Shown: positions 40,812 to 50,008 of the stretch, one piece after another | How the letters are laid out: each line of letters opens with the position of its first letter | Position numbering within the stretch: position 1 is the first letter of the stretch | Origin: Cyclobacteriaceae bacterium | GTDB lineage: Bacteria; Bacteroidota; Bacteroidia; Cytophagales; Cyclobacteriaceae | Direction: 5' to 3' | Length of the DNA stretch: 64,000 nucleotides | Assembly (NCBI GenBank): GCA_050185175.1 | Contig: JBFWZR010000008.1 | Span: forward strand, 2,659 to 66,658 | Position numbers and translations under genes: made by a program | The notes under the pieces: model-generated | What the model was told of the DNA's origin: nothing | What the model saw: the letters and a program-made list of their open reading frames with translations, nothing else | The model's database searches: none

Positions 40812-40851
40812 TGCGGATTATTGCTATTGCCCTCACCCTCAATGGGTTATT
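40812..40851 (+). promoter_or_regulatory. conserved upstream element, copy 1 (TGCGGATTATT ... TCACCCTCAATGGGTTATT)
   Basis: It lies 63 nt before the ATG at 40914. It is shared with 43769-43802 upstream of the paralog. Confidence 0.3.
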
Positions 40852-40913
40852 TCAATACCTTAGCACAAGGCTTATATTTAAAGTGAATATTAAATTCCAT
40901 CTAACCTAATACT

Positions 40914-43748
40914 ATGCTACCGGCTAGAGGCTCTGCTCTTATCGTGTTATTCATTTGTTCCTTTGGTGCGCTTGCCCAAACGGGAACTATTAAAGGTAAA
41001 ATTGTGGACTCTCAAACAAGAGAGGCCCTACCTTTTGGAAACGTCTTTGTTAACAACACAACGCTTGGAACAGCCGGTGATGTAGATGGAAACTTTGAGT
41101 TCAAGAACGTGCCGTACGGACAATCAGAATTGGTTTTCTCCTATGTTGGTTATAAGCAGAGTGTTCGTAAGGTAGTTGTCGAACGAGACATGATTGACCT
41201 GGGAACAGTTTATCTCAACCAGTTGGAACAAGAGCTGGAAGAGGTGCAGGTGAAAGGTGAACGTGATAAGGAGTGGGAGAAGACCTTGGTAGAATTCAAA
41301 AAGATCTTTCTTGGAGATGATGACATGGCCGATGCCTGTCAGATTCTAAATCCATGGGTTATTGATTTTAAGACAGACAATCAAGGGTCTCTGATTGCAT
41401 CCGCCAACTCACCAATTGAAGTGAGTAACTCCGCCCTTGGCTACAAGGTCACTTTCTACCTCAACAACTTTTTGTCTAATCAGAAGGGATACATCATCCG
41501 TGGACAGGTTCGATTTGAGGAAATGATCACAGGGGACGGCAATCAAGCCTTTTTGTGGAAAGCTAACCGGCAGAATGCCTATCTCGGATCAAGCAGACAC
41601 CTGTTCAAATCCATATTGGATGGAACTATCAGCGGCCAGGGGTTCCACTTGTATACGCAGAAACCCGGGGCTGAAAACACAATGGTGCGCTCGCCCTACT
41701 TTAATACGGAGTTGGGTCAAACTGTCGTTCACTATGACACCACCAACTTGATACTACCTCCGCCTAAAGAGTCTGGCAGGTATCTTATCTCATTAAAAGG
41801 TTTGATTGAAGTACACTATCATGGCGATCGTGCAATTATCAGAACCTATCGTGATGTGCCCTATCCTGTTAGCTGGCTCGAAGTGCATGGTAACTATGTT
41901 GCTGTGAGTCGCGAGGGCAATCCTTTCAATCCATCTGATGTAATAATCTCTGGAGAGATGAACTCCGATCGTGTAGCACACATGTTGCCTCTCAATTACG
42001 AACCTGCTGCAGTTGCATTGAAAAGGAAAGAGCCAGACAAAAAGATTGTGAGCAGACTGCAAGAGAAAGTATACCTGCATACTGACAAGCCGTATTACTA
42101 TCCCGGTGAAGTCATCTGGTTGAAAGGATATATGAACTATGCGGAGCCAACGCTCAAAGACTCCCTTAGCAAGGTGTTATATGTCGAGTTGATTAACCCC
42201 GAAAGGAAAATCACTTCATCAAGAATGATCCCTATTCAACGGGGTATGTCATTTGGGGATATCATTTTATCGGATTCGCTTCCTTCGGGAGAGTACTACC
42301 TGAGAGCTTATACGAATTGGATGCGAAATTTTGGAGACGAAAACTTTTTCTTAAAGCCCATACCGATTTTGAAACTGACTGATAGGGTCAGCCCAACAGA
42401 TGGTAAAGTTGCAGAGACCACTGATAAGATGTTGACTATTTCATCAGAGCGGGATGTGTATAATAAACGAGACAAGGTAACGCTCACACTTTCCGTAAAA
42501 GATGATGCCGGAAAACCCTCAGCCTCTTCGTTGTCAGTATCAGTCACGGATGTCAAGCAGGTTGCGCCAGTCGCTGAGTCGGTAAGCATCGTTAACGACT
42601 TTCCTTATAAAGATTCAAAAGCTGATCTTACATTCAATTTTAATTACATCGTGGAAGACGGCATTGGGTTTCAGGGTAAATTCTTAAATGATGCTGGCAA
42701 ACCCGAACGTGCTTCTTTGACACTCATCGAATGGCAATCCCAAGATATGTTGTTAACAGAGTCTGACAAGGATGGAGTTTTTCAACTTACCGGTTTACAG
42801 TTTTATGATAGCGCGGAGTTTTCATTTCATGCCAAGGCTTCAAGGATACTTTCGGACAATGTGGGATTTGACTATGGAAAGATTGATCCGAAAAACAAAC
42901 CGTATGGTAGGGTGGAAGTCCAGGAGAGAGATATCCCAACACTTTCATTTAAGGGTCAGTCCTATTCCTTAGAGTTGGTTAACGCAGGTTCACCCCAGCG
43001 ATTGATTTCTGACTACAGCGATACGCAAGCAACAATGTTGAAGGGCGTTGACATAAGGGATACTCGCATCAATGATTCGGCTACGAAAACCCTGGGTGGC
43101 GCGGACTATGTACTTACATCAAAAGACTTTATCAACGCAAAAGCCACTAACAATTTGTGGCTAGTGCTCCCGGGCAAGGTACCGGGAATGATAACGACAG
43201 GAGAGGAGTTGAGATTTGCTCGCTCTTCATGGCTTGCAAGGGAGGGCGTTTCCGGTGAAGTTGTGTCTATCGAGCCTTTGATACTAATCAACAATATGCC
43301 TACTAGCGGACGAGCAATCGACATTCTCCAGCGTATTGATGTTTCTACCGTGGAACGAATCGAGGTAAGTTCGAGTGTGAACGTGCTCTACGGGTCACAG
43401 GGAGGAAATGGAGTGATATCGATTTACACAAAGGAGGGAGTTACCGATGTTCCGGGTAATTCAAAGAGATCAAAACCTCTCCAAGTGATCTATATTCCAG
43501 GCTACTCCACACCCAGCCAGTTTTATTCACCGAATTACGAAGAGACACCGAATTATCCGAAAACCGACTACCGCTCAACACTGTGTTGGTATCCGGAAGT
43601 GTTCACTGAATATGAGACAGGCCAGACGACTGTGTCATTCTTTGCCGCGGATCTTGAGACAACTTATCGAGTAGTGGTGGAGGGAGTAACTGAATTCAAT
43701 GATCCTATAAGGGCTGAATACTTTGTAAAAATTGAAGGCTCCAAGTGA
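40914..43748 (+). CDS. secreted CarboxypepD_reg / MG2-like / C-terminal plug-like domain protein (paralog 1)
   Basis: It has a signal peptide (...FGALAQT). The CarboxypepD_reg pattern is GKIVDSQTREALPFGNVFV...DGNFEF...FSYVGYK. The MG2-like motif is DKPYYYPGEVIWLKGY. The plug-like region is LPGKVPGM...EPLILINNMPTSGRAIDILQRIDVSTVERIEV...YGSQGGNGVISIYTKEG. Confidence 0.75.
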   Translation: MLPARGSALIVLFICSFGALAQTGTIKGKIVDSQTREALPFGNVFVNNTTLGTAGDVDGNFEFKNVPYGQSELVFSYVGYKQSVRKVVVERDMIDLGTVYLNQLEQELEEVQVKGERDKEWEKTLVEFKKIFLGDDDMADACQILNPWVIDFKTDNQGSLIASANSPIEVSNSALGYKVTFYLNNFLSNQKGYIIRGQVRFEEMITGDGNQAFLWKANRQNAYLGSSRHLFKSILDGTISGQGFHLYTQKPGAENTMVRSPYFNTELGQTVVHYDTTNLILPPPKESGRYLISLKGLIEVHYHGDRAIIRTYRDVPYPVSWLEVHGNYVAVSREGNPFNPSDVIISGEMNSDRVAHMLPLNYEPAAVALKRKEPDKKIVSRLQEKVYLHTDKPYYYPGEVIWLKGYMNYAEPTLKDSLSKVLYVELINPERKITSSRMIPIQRGMSFGDIILSDSLPSGEYYLRAYTNWMRNFGDENFFLKPIPILKLTDRVSPTDGKVAETTDKMLTISSERDVYNKRDKVTLTLSVKDDAGKPSASSLSVSVTDVKQVAPVAESVSIVNDFPYKDSKADLTFNFNYIVEDGIGFQGKFLNDAGKPERASLTLIEWQSQDMLLTESDKDGVFQLTGLQFYDSAEFSFHAKASRILSDNVGFDYGKIDPKNKPYGRVEVQERDIPTLSFKGQSYSLELVNAGSPQRLISDYSDTQATMLKGVDIRDTRINDSATKTLGGADYVLTSKDFINAKATNNLWLVLPGKVPGMITTGEELRFARSSWLAREGVSGEVVSIEPLILINNMPTSGRAIDILQRIDVSTVERIEVSSSVNVLYGSQGGNGVISIYTKEGVTDVPGNSKRSKPLQVIYIPGYSTPSQFYSPNYEETPNYPKTDYRSTLCWYPEVFTEYETGQTTVSFFAADLETTYRVVVEGVTEFNDPIRAEYFVKIEGSK

Positions 43749-43768
43749 TCCCGTGCATTAGGTTAGCA

Positions 43769-43802
43769 TGTGGATTTATCGGTCACCCTAAATTGGGTAA
43801 TT
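43769..43802 (+). promoter_or_regulatory. conserved upstream element, copy 2 (TGTGGATTTATC ... TCACCCTAAATTGGGTAATT)
   Basis: It starts 21 nt after the paralog-1 stop and ends 190 nt before the ATG at 43992. It resembles 40812-40851. Confidence 0.3.
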
Positions 43803-43991
43803 CGCTTATGGAGGAGGGTATTTGGTTAGTTCGTATGTTTTCGATGTCACAATTCCTCTAATTTTGTCGTATCAGGAGTAAGGGGCCGAGATTTACAATA
43901 GCCTCCGAAAAATCCCATGAGGAATTATTCTAGATTTATGTGAGCCTTTAAGTGGTTGTATTCGGACTCCGGATATAGTCACACATCACGA

Positions 43992-46775
43992 ATGAATTTA
44001 CGCCAGTTATTTTTCCTGCTATTTTTTGTTGCCGCTTGGGCTTCAGCGCAGGCTCAAACTGCCGAGGTGACCGGAAAGGTGATCGATGGTGGGTCAAAAG
44101 AAACACTACCGTTTGCCAATGTTTTTATAAACAATACCACGATTGGTACAGCCGCCAATGAAAATGGAGATTTTACACTTAAAAATGTTCCATTTGGTGT
44201 TCATGAGCTGGTTGTCTCCTATGTTGGATACAAATCGCTCCAAGCCTCCATCCAAATAACTAGTGAACGAATTAGTCTTGGATTTATCGAACTGACGCAG
44301 TCAGAGCAGGAGTTGGCAAATGTGGAGGTAACAGGTAAAAAGGACACCGGCTGGGAAAAGCAATTGAAAAAATTCAAAAAGGTGTTCCTTGGTGAGGATA
44401 AACTCGCAGAACAGTGTGAGATATTGAACCCTTACGTCATTGACTTTTCAAAGGAATCAGGAGGGGCTTTAACAGCCTCCGCTAGCGAGCCGATAGAGAT
44501 CAGTAATCTTTCACTAGGCTACAAATTGAGTTTCTATCTCACACATTTTCAGTCTGATAAGGATAGTTATTCGATTCGTGGGCAAGTACGATTCAGTGAG
44601 ATATCTACGAAAGGAGGCGTGACTGCATTGCAATGGATGAATAATCGGGAAGATGCCTATGTAGGGTCTCAACAACATCTTTTCAGAGCCATATTAAACC
44701 AGCGATTGCAGAACGAAGGATTCTATTTATACACCGACAAGGAGGGGTACGAAAATAATACCTACCGTACAGCCAACTTCATTGTAGAATTGGGTAACAC
44801 GATCATGCCGTACGATACAACCAAGATCGTTTTTCCTGGGGAGATACCGAACACGTTCAAAATCCTGATGAAGGGTAGAGTAGAAGTACACTGTAGGGCT
44901 GAGGTGGCTAAGCAAAGAACGTACAACGACATCCCATATCAGGTAAGTTGGATTGAGGTAGAGGGAGATACCGTGGTGGTGAACAAGAATGGAAGTGTGC
45001 TTAATCCCCATGCTGTGGTCACATCAGGCGCGATGAACTCAAGTCGGGTGGCGGAGATGCTTCCACTGGACTATAAACCTGGTAAGGTGGTTCAGATCAA
45101 GCGCGAGCCTAAAGGGATCAGGGCAAGTCGGCTGGAGGAAAAAATTTATGTTCACCTTGATAAGCCCTATTACTACCCCGGGGAGATGATGTGGTTTAAG
45201 GTGTATCTCAACTATCGGTATCCCGAGGAAAGAGACTCGATGAGTCGAACGATGTATGTTGAATTAATCGATCCTCAAAAACAGATTGTAAAGTCGCAAA
45301 TAGTGAGAGTTGACAATGGTTTTGCTCATAGCAATTGGGTAGTAACGGACACTTTATCTTCCGGCACCTACTGGCTAAGGGCCTATACTAATCTCAATAG
45401 AAATTTTGAAAGCGATTTTTTTGTAAAGCCTATTCCAATTCTGGGTAAGACCGAACAGGTGGTGACCAGTGAAATATTTATTGAACCCATCCATGACCAC
45501 TCTGTGACTGTCAGACTCGATCAACGATCTTATGGTACCAGAGATAGTATAGGACTAATTCTTGCGGTGCATGATACGTTGGGCAAACCGTTGCTGAGCA
45601 ATCTATCGGTGTCAGTCACTGATGCCAGGCAGGTCCTTCCGGTAAAGCCAGCATTTACGATACTGGATAAATATCCGTTTCATACAGAATCTGACAATCA
45701 CATTATTGATGAGGTCAAATTTCCCGTAGAGTATGGCATATCCTATGAAGGTCAATATCTTAATCGGAGGGGCAAGCCGGAGAAAGCTACCCTGAGTATT
45801 TTACAGGGCAACTACGAACACTTGAGTGTAATCGAAACAGATGACAATGGGCGATTTGTGGAATCGGGGCTCCAATTTTATGACTCGACAGACTTTAGAT
45901 TTCAAACAAAGAATACGAAGAAGAAGTATGACGGGAGAGTTGAGATAGCGTCTCGGGAGATACCAAATCTTGATTCACAGCTTCCATCTTTCGATCTGAA
46001 AACGATCGACACGGGCAAAAACCAGAGGCTCATTTCAGAGTATGAGGTGCCTCGTGGCGCAAGGTTGCTAAACGAAATCTTAATTCAAGGACAGAGGGTG
46101 GATATGGAAAAAATACGACCTTATGGTAAGGCAGATTTTGTGGTGAATGCGGAAGACCTTGATGTCTCGACAAATAACCTCTTGATCATCCTTCAGGGAA
46201 AGGTGCCCGGGCTTGTAATAACATATCAGTCCGAGGAATTCGGGTCGTACCCTGTTGTGAGAATTGCTCGTGCCTCCGGCTTGACGATCAACGCACAAAC
46301 CGAACCAATGGTGATGATCGACAACGTGCCAATGAGTGGCAGGGCCGGTGAAATACTTCAAACAATTGATGCTTACACAGTAGAGTCAATTGAAGTGGTA
46401 ACACGGGTCAGCCCCGCTTACGGCTCAGCAGGTGTAAACGGGGTAATTTCAATTTACACAAAGAGAGGAGTTGGTTCTAATTATAAACCGATTGACCGCA
46501 GCCTGCAGACCGTGAAGATGAGAGGATATACAAGGCCTGATCTTTTCAGGTATCCTAAATATTCAAATGTAGACAGCGAAAAAAATCAAATTGACTATCG
46601 ATCCATCCTGTATTGGAATCCATTTGTAGCCACTGATGAAACGGGAGTTGCAAAAGTTTCATTTTATTCAGGCGACCTCGAAACCCGATACAGAGTAGTG
46701 GTTGAGGGTATCACCGAGAACAATCAACCTGTTCGTGGGGTTGGCTACATCACCATAGAAAACGATAAGCAATAG
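43992..46775 (+). CDS. secreted CarboxypepD_reg / MG2-like / C-terminal plug-like domain protein (paralog 2)
   Basis: The ATG at 43992 gives the signal peptide MNLRQLFFLLFFVAAWASAQAQ. It is collinear with paralog 1 over the full length. Shared motifs include GKVIDGGSKETLPFANVFI, DKPYYYPGEMMWFKVY and EPMVMIDNVPMSGRAGEILQTID...YGSAGVNGVISIYTKRG. Confidence 0.75.
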   Translation: MNLRQLFFLLFFVAAWASAQAQTAEVTGKVIDGGSKETLPFANVFINNTTIGTAANENGDFTLKNVPFGVHELVVSYVGYKSLQASIQITSERISLGFIELTQSEQELANVEVTGKKDTGWEKQLKKFKKVFLGEDKLAEQCEILNPYVIDFSKESGGALTASASEPIEISNLSLGYKLSFYLTHFQSDKDSYSIRGQVRFSEISTKGGVTALQWMNNREDAYVGSQQHLFRAILNQRLQNEGFYLYTDKEGYENNTYRTANFIVELGNTIMPYDTTKIVFPGEIPNTFKILMKGRVEVHCRAEVAKQRTYNDIPYQVSWIEVEGDTVVVNKNGSVLNPHAVVTSGAMNSSRVAEMLPLDYKPGKVVQIKREPKGIRASRLEEKIYVHLDKPYYYPGEMMWFKVYLNYRYPEERDSMSRTMYVELIDPQKQIVKSQIVRVDNGFAHSNWVVTDTLSSGTYWLRAYTNLNRNFESDFFVKPIPILGKTEQVVTSEIFIEPIHDHSVTVRLDQRSYGTRDSIGLILAVHDTLGKPLLSNLSVSVTDARQVLPVKPAFTILDKYPFHTESDNHIIDEVKFPVEYGISYEGQYLNRRGKPEKATLSILQGNYEHLSVIETDDNGRFVESGLQFYDSTDFRFQTKNTKKKYDGRVEIASREIPNLDSQLPSFDLKTIDTGKNQRLISEYEVPRGARLLNEILIQGQRVDMEKIRPYGKADFVVNAEDLDVSTNNLLIILQGKVPGLVITYQSEEFGSYPVVRIARASGLTINAQTEPMVMIDNVPMSGRAGEILQTIDAYTVESIEVVTRVSPAYGSAGVNGVISIYTKRGVGSNYKPIDRSLQTVKMRGYTRPDLFRYPKYSNVDSEKNQIDYRSILYWNPFVATDETGVAKVSFYSGDLETRYRVVVEGITENNQPVRGVGYITIENDKQ

Positions 46776-46777
46776 CT

Positions 46778-48223
46778 TTAGCCAACGATCAGCTTCTGAC
46801 CGGGCTTAAGCGTATTCGATCTGAGGTTATTCAGCGTCTTTAGTTTTTCTATTGTCAACCCTTCAAACTTTCGGGAGATATCCCACAATGTATCGCCTGG
46901 TTGAACAGTATAAACTTTTCCACCAGGTGTCACTTGCACCGGATTTTGACTTGGTGCTGAGTTTGCAATAACCGTTGGCTTAGTCGGGTGATAGGAGGGT
47001 AAAACCCAAATTTTAAGATTCTGCCCGATTCGGATCATGTTGCTGTTCAGGTTATTCCAATTCTTGATGTCGCCAACCCGCACATGGTATCGTTCAGCAA
47101 TCTTGCCCAATACATCCCCTGACCTCACACGATGTGTGACCAGTTCTCTTCCATATGTACTGCCGAGCGTATTCTTTGCCAGCGCCTCGAGCTCTGCCTT
47201 CCCGACTCTTGATGCTGAATCGAGTATCAGCAGGCGATCGACAGCTAATCTCTCTTTGGCTTCCAGAGGAACACGAATAATGTACGTTCTTCCAGTAGCG
47301 GGAATTGCTTTTCTAAGTACGGAAGGATTTAGTCGCACCATATCATCCACGTTTGATCCGGTCAAACTTGCAAAAGTTTCAAAGTGGAGGAAGTGATTTA
47401 TTGACAGTGTATCATAGGGAACCCAAGGGGCCTCCGGTGTTTCAAATAAATTGTAATTCTTTGCATAGTTGAAGCTGTACATAATTGCGACAAACTGTGG
47501 AACGTACGCACGTGTTTCGCGCGGCAGATATCGGTATATCTCCCAGAATTTCTTTTTGTAGCCTGATCTTCGAATTGCCTTCCTTACGTTACCCGGTCCT
47601 GAATTGTATGCAGCCAGTGCCAACTCCCAATCACCAAACATCCGGTAAAGTTCTCCAAGGTATTTACACGCTGCCTCTGTTGATTTTTCCGGATCCATTC
47701 TATCATCAACATACCAATCATTGTGTAAACCGAAATGTCGTCCTGTCGATGACATAAACTGCCAAAGTCCAACCGCGCGTGCACGTGACACCGCCCGTGG
47801 ATTCAATCCCGATTCCACGATGGATAAATACTTGAGCTCATCGGGTAATCCATATTTCTCCAGATACTTTTCAAAAATCGGAAAGTAAAGATCCTTACGT
47901 GCAAGAACCATCCGCGTGTAGTCTCGGTCTTTTATGGTGAAGTAGTCGATGAAAGCGTGAACTCGTTCATTGTAGTTCAACGGGATGTTTTGTTCTATAC
48001 AGCTAAGTCGGTCAGCAACCAACTCGGGACTCTCGCTGGTTGGAACATATTCAAGCTCAATTAAATCAGGCAGGTTGGCCTCAAGGTCCAGGGAATCAAT
48101 TCCCAGAGCATCTTCCAGCTCAATAGCAAGTAGAGAATCTAGCTTTATTTGCTCATCATCTTGTGCAAGCAACGGCTGACAAAAAATAAGGGTCAGCAAC
48201 ATACCCATTGAAAATATCTTCAC
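46778..48223 (-). CDS. lytic transglycosylase with C-terminal LysM domains (MltD-like)
   Basis: The SLT motifs are SIVESGLNP, GLWQFMSSTG and AYNSGPGNV. Two LysM repeats are present (HRVRSGDVLGKIAERY..., YTVQPGDTLWDISRKF...). Confidence 0.8.
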   Translation of the reverse strand: MKIFSMGMLLTLIFCQPLLAQDDEQIKLDSLLAIELEDALGIDSLDLEANLPDLIELEYVPTSESPELVADRLSCIEQNIPLNYNERVHAFIDYFTIKDRDYTRMVLARKDLYFPIFEKYLEKYGLPDELKYLSIVESGLNPRAVSRARAVGLWQFMSSTGRHFGLHNDWYVDDRMDPEKSTEAACKYLGELYRMFGDWELALAAYNSGPGNVRKAIRRSGYKKKFWEIYRYLPRETRAYVPQFVAIMYSFNYAKNYNLFETPEAPWVPYDTLSINHFLHFETFASLTGSNVDDMVRLNPSVLRKAIPATGRTYIIRVPLEAKERLAVDRLLILDSASRVGKAELEALAKNTLGSTYGRELVTHRVRSGDVLGKIAERYHVRVGDIKNWNNLNSNMIRIGQNLKIWVLPSYHPTKPTVIANSAPSQNPVQVTPGGKVYTVQPGDTLWDISRKFEGLTIEKLKTLNNLRSNTLKPGQKLIVG

Positions 48224-48246
48224 TGTTTTTGAAGTTTATTTGCTTG

Positions 48247-49698
48247 TTAACCTCTCAAGTTCATCAAAAGTTTCGAAAATTGAAAAAGGCTTGCTTCTTC
48301 AAAGTCATTTGCAACCACCTGTAACCCAATTGGTAGCCCATTTGCATCGTGTCCCAGCGGCACAGACATGGCGGGAACACCGGCCACATTAGCATGTACG
48401 GAAAACAAATCGGCTAAGTACATTTCTACGGGGTCGTCACTATGCTCACCCAGTTTGAATGCAGTGGTGGGTGCGGTAGGCATGATCAAAAAATCAAAAG
48501 AGTCGAATATTTTTTTCGTCTGCTCCTTGATCATCCTTCTTACTTTCTGCGCCTGATTGTAATAGGCATCGTAATAACTCGCACTCAAAACGAAAGTACC
48601 AAGTAAAATTCTTCGCTTCACTTCTGGTCCAAATCCTTCTGCCCTGGACTTTTTGTACAACGAGGCCAGGTCATGTGTATTGTCACTGCGGTAGCCATAT
48701 CGAACACCATCAAATCGTGAAAGGTTGGAGCTAGCTTCTGCAGTTGCCAGAATATAGTAAGTTGGCAATGCATATTCCATCAAGGGAAAATCAATGCCTT
48801 GAACTTCATGGCCTGCTATAGTAAGGTCTGAGATCACATCAGAAAGCGTTTTTTTTATTTCTGATTGAACCGCATCGGATTGAATTGATTCGTTGAGATA
48901 GGCAATCCGGTATTTTTTATCTGCGCTGGTTTTCGAGAGGAGACTGGTGTAGTTAGGAACCTCTTTGGATGACACCGTGCTGTCAAACTCATCTTTGCCG
49001 GCAATCACTTCGAGCACCAATGCGATATCCTCTGGGCTTCTGCCAAAGACTCCAACACAATCAAATGAGGAGCCATAAGCAACCAGTCCATATCTGGAGA
49101 TTCTCGAGTAGGTGGGTTTGAGTCCGAGTACTCCACAGAATGCTGCCGGCTGTCTCACCGAACCTCCTGTATCCGATCCAATAGAAACCTGGCACATATC
49201 GGTTAAGACTGCCACTGCCGAAGCTCCTGAAGATCCTCCAGGTACTCGTGTTTCGTCAATCGCATTTAGTGTTGGGCCGAAGGCCGAATTTTCATTGGAA
49301 GATCCCATGGCAAACTCATCGCAATTTTGCCGACCAATAATAATGGCATCTTCGTCAAGTAATCGCTGAACAATGGTTGCATTGTATTGTGCAATGAAAC
49401 CATCGAGGATTCGACTGCTAGCTTGAAGTGGGTGGTCTTTATATGAAAAGACATCCTTGAGACCTACTACCAGGCCTGCTAGTTTCCCTGCCTTTCCTTC
49501 TTTGATTTTTTGATCAACTTCTTCTGCTTTTTTGAGCGCATCTTTTTCATAAACACTCAAGAAAACATTGAGATGAGACTTACTCTTGATTACAGAGAGG
49601 TGATGTCGAATCCTGTCTTGGCAGGATGTTTTATTTTGATGGAGTAGAGATTGAAGGTCGCTAAAACGTGGATACGAACCACTACTTACTTCCTTCAT
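48247..49698 (-). CDS. gatA: Asp-tRNA(Asn)/Glu-tRNA(Gln) amidotransferase subunit A
   Basis: The amidase signature is PGGSSGASAVAV plus GSDTGGSVRQPAAFCG. The length (483 aa) and termini are typical of GatA. Confidence 0.9.
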   Translation of the reverse strand: MKEVSSGSYPRFSDLQSLLHQNKTSCQDRIRHHLSVIKSKSHLNVFLSVYEKDALKKAEEVDQKIKEGKAGKLAGLVVGLKDVFSYKDHPLQASSRILDGFIAQYNATIVQRLLDEDAIIIGRQNCDEFAMGSSNENSAFGPTLNAIDETRVPGGSSGASAVAVLTDMCQVSIGSDTGGSVRQPAAFCGVLGLKPTYSRISRYGLVAYGSSFDCVGVFGRSPEDIALVLEVIAGKDEFDSTVSSKEVPNYTSLLSKTSADKKYRIAYLNESIQSDAVQSEIKKTLSDVISDLTIAGHEVQGIDFPLMEYALPTYYILATAEASSNLSRFDGVRYGYRSDNTHDLASLYKKSRAEGFGPEVKRRILLGTFVLSASYYDAYYNQAQKVRRMIKEQTKKIFDSFDFLIMPTAPTTAFKLGEHSDDPVEMYLADLFSVHANVAGVPAMSVPLGHDANGLPIGLQVVANDFEEASLFQFSKLLMNLRG

Positions 49699-49894
49699 CT
49701 ATTTTGGCTTCCTTGCCCGCATCATCTACCTCTTTCTTCACGTCCTTTACAGCATCTTTAAATTCTCTGATGCCTTTTCCCAGTCCTTTCGCGAAATCAG
49801 GAATTTTTTTGGCGCCAAAGAAAACTAAAACGAAAAGTCCGATGATAACCCACTCGCCCATTCCGGGCATTCCAAACAAAAGAATAGCGCTCAT
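49682..49894 (-). CDS. tatA: twin-arginine translocase TatA/TatE family subunit
   Basis: GEWVIIGLFVLVFFGAKKIPDFAKGLGKGIREFK gives a TM helix plus an amphipathic helix. I chose the ATG at 49894; the ORF-track start is TTG. Confidence 0.85.
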   Translation of the reverse strand: MSAILLFGMPGMGEWVIIGLFVLVFFGAKKIPDFAKGLGKGIREFKDAVKDVKKEVDDAGKEAKIDEGSK

Positions 49895-50008
49895 AAGCAA
49901 TTAATTAAGGATGTAAAGATAGTTATTTATTGATGGAACGTAAAAAGACAGACTAGTCGAGAAATATTTTCCGTGAATAGCTAAAACTGGCTCTCAGAGG
50001 TCAAAATG

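Noticed and set aside
40914-46775. Interpreting the paralogs as bacterial alpha-2-macroglobulin protease traps because of the MG2-like motif.
   Set aside because: Neither protein has a CxEQ thioester motif. They are about half the length of bacterial alpha-2-macroglobulins, and the flanking domains are receptor-like rather than MG repeats.
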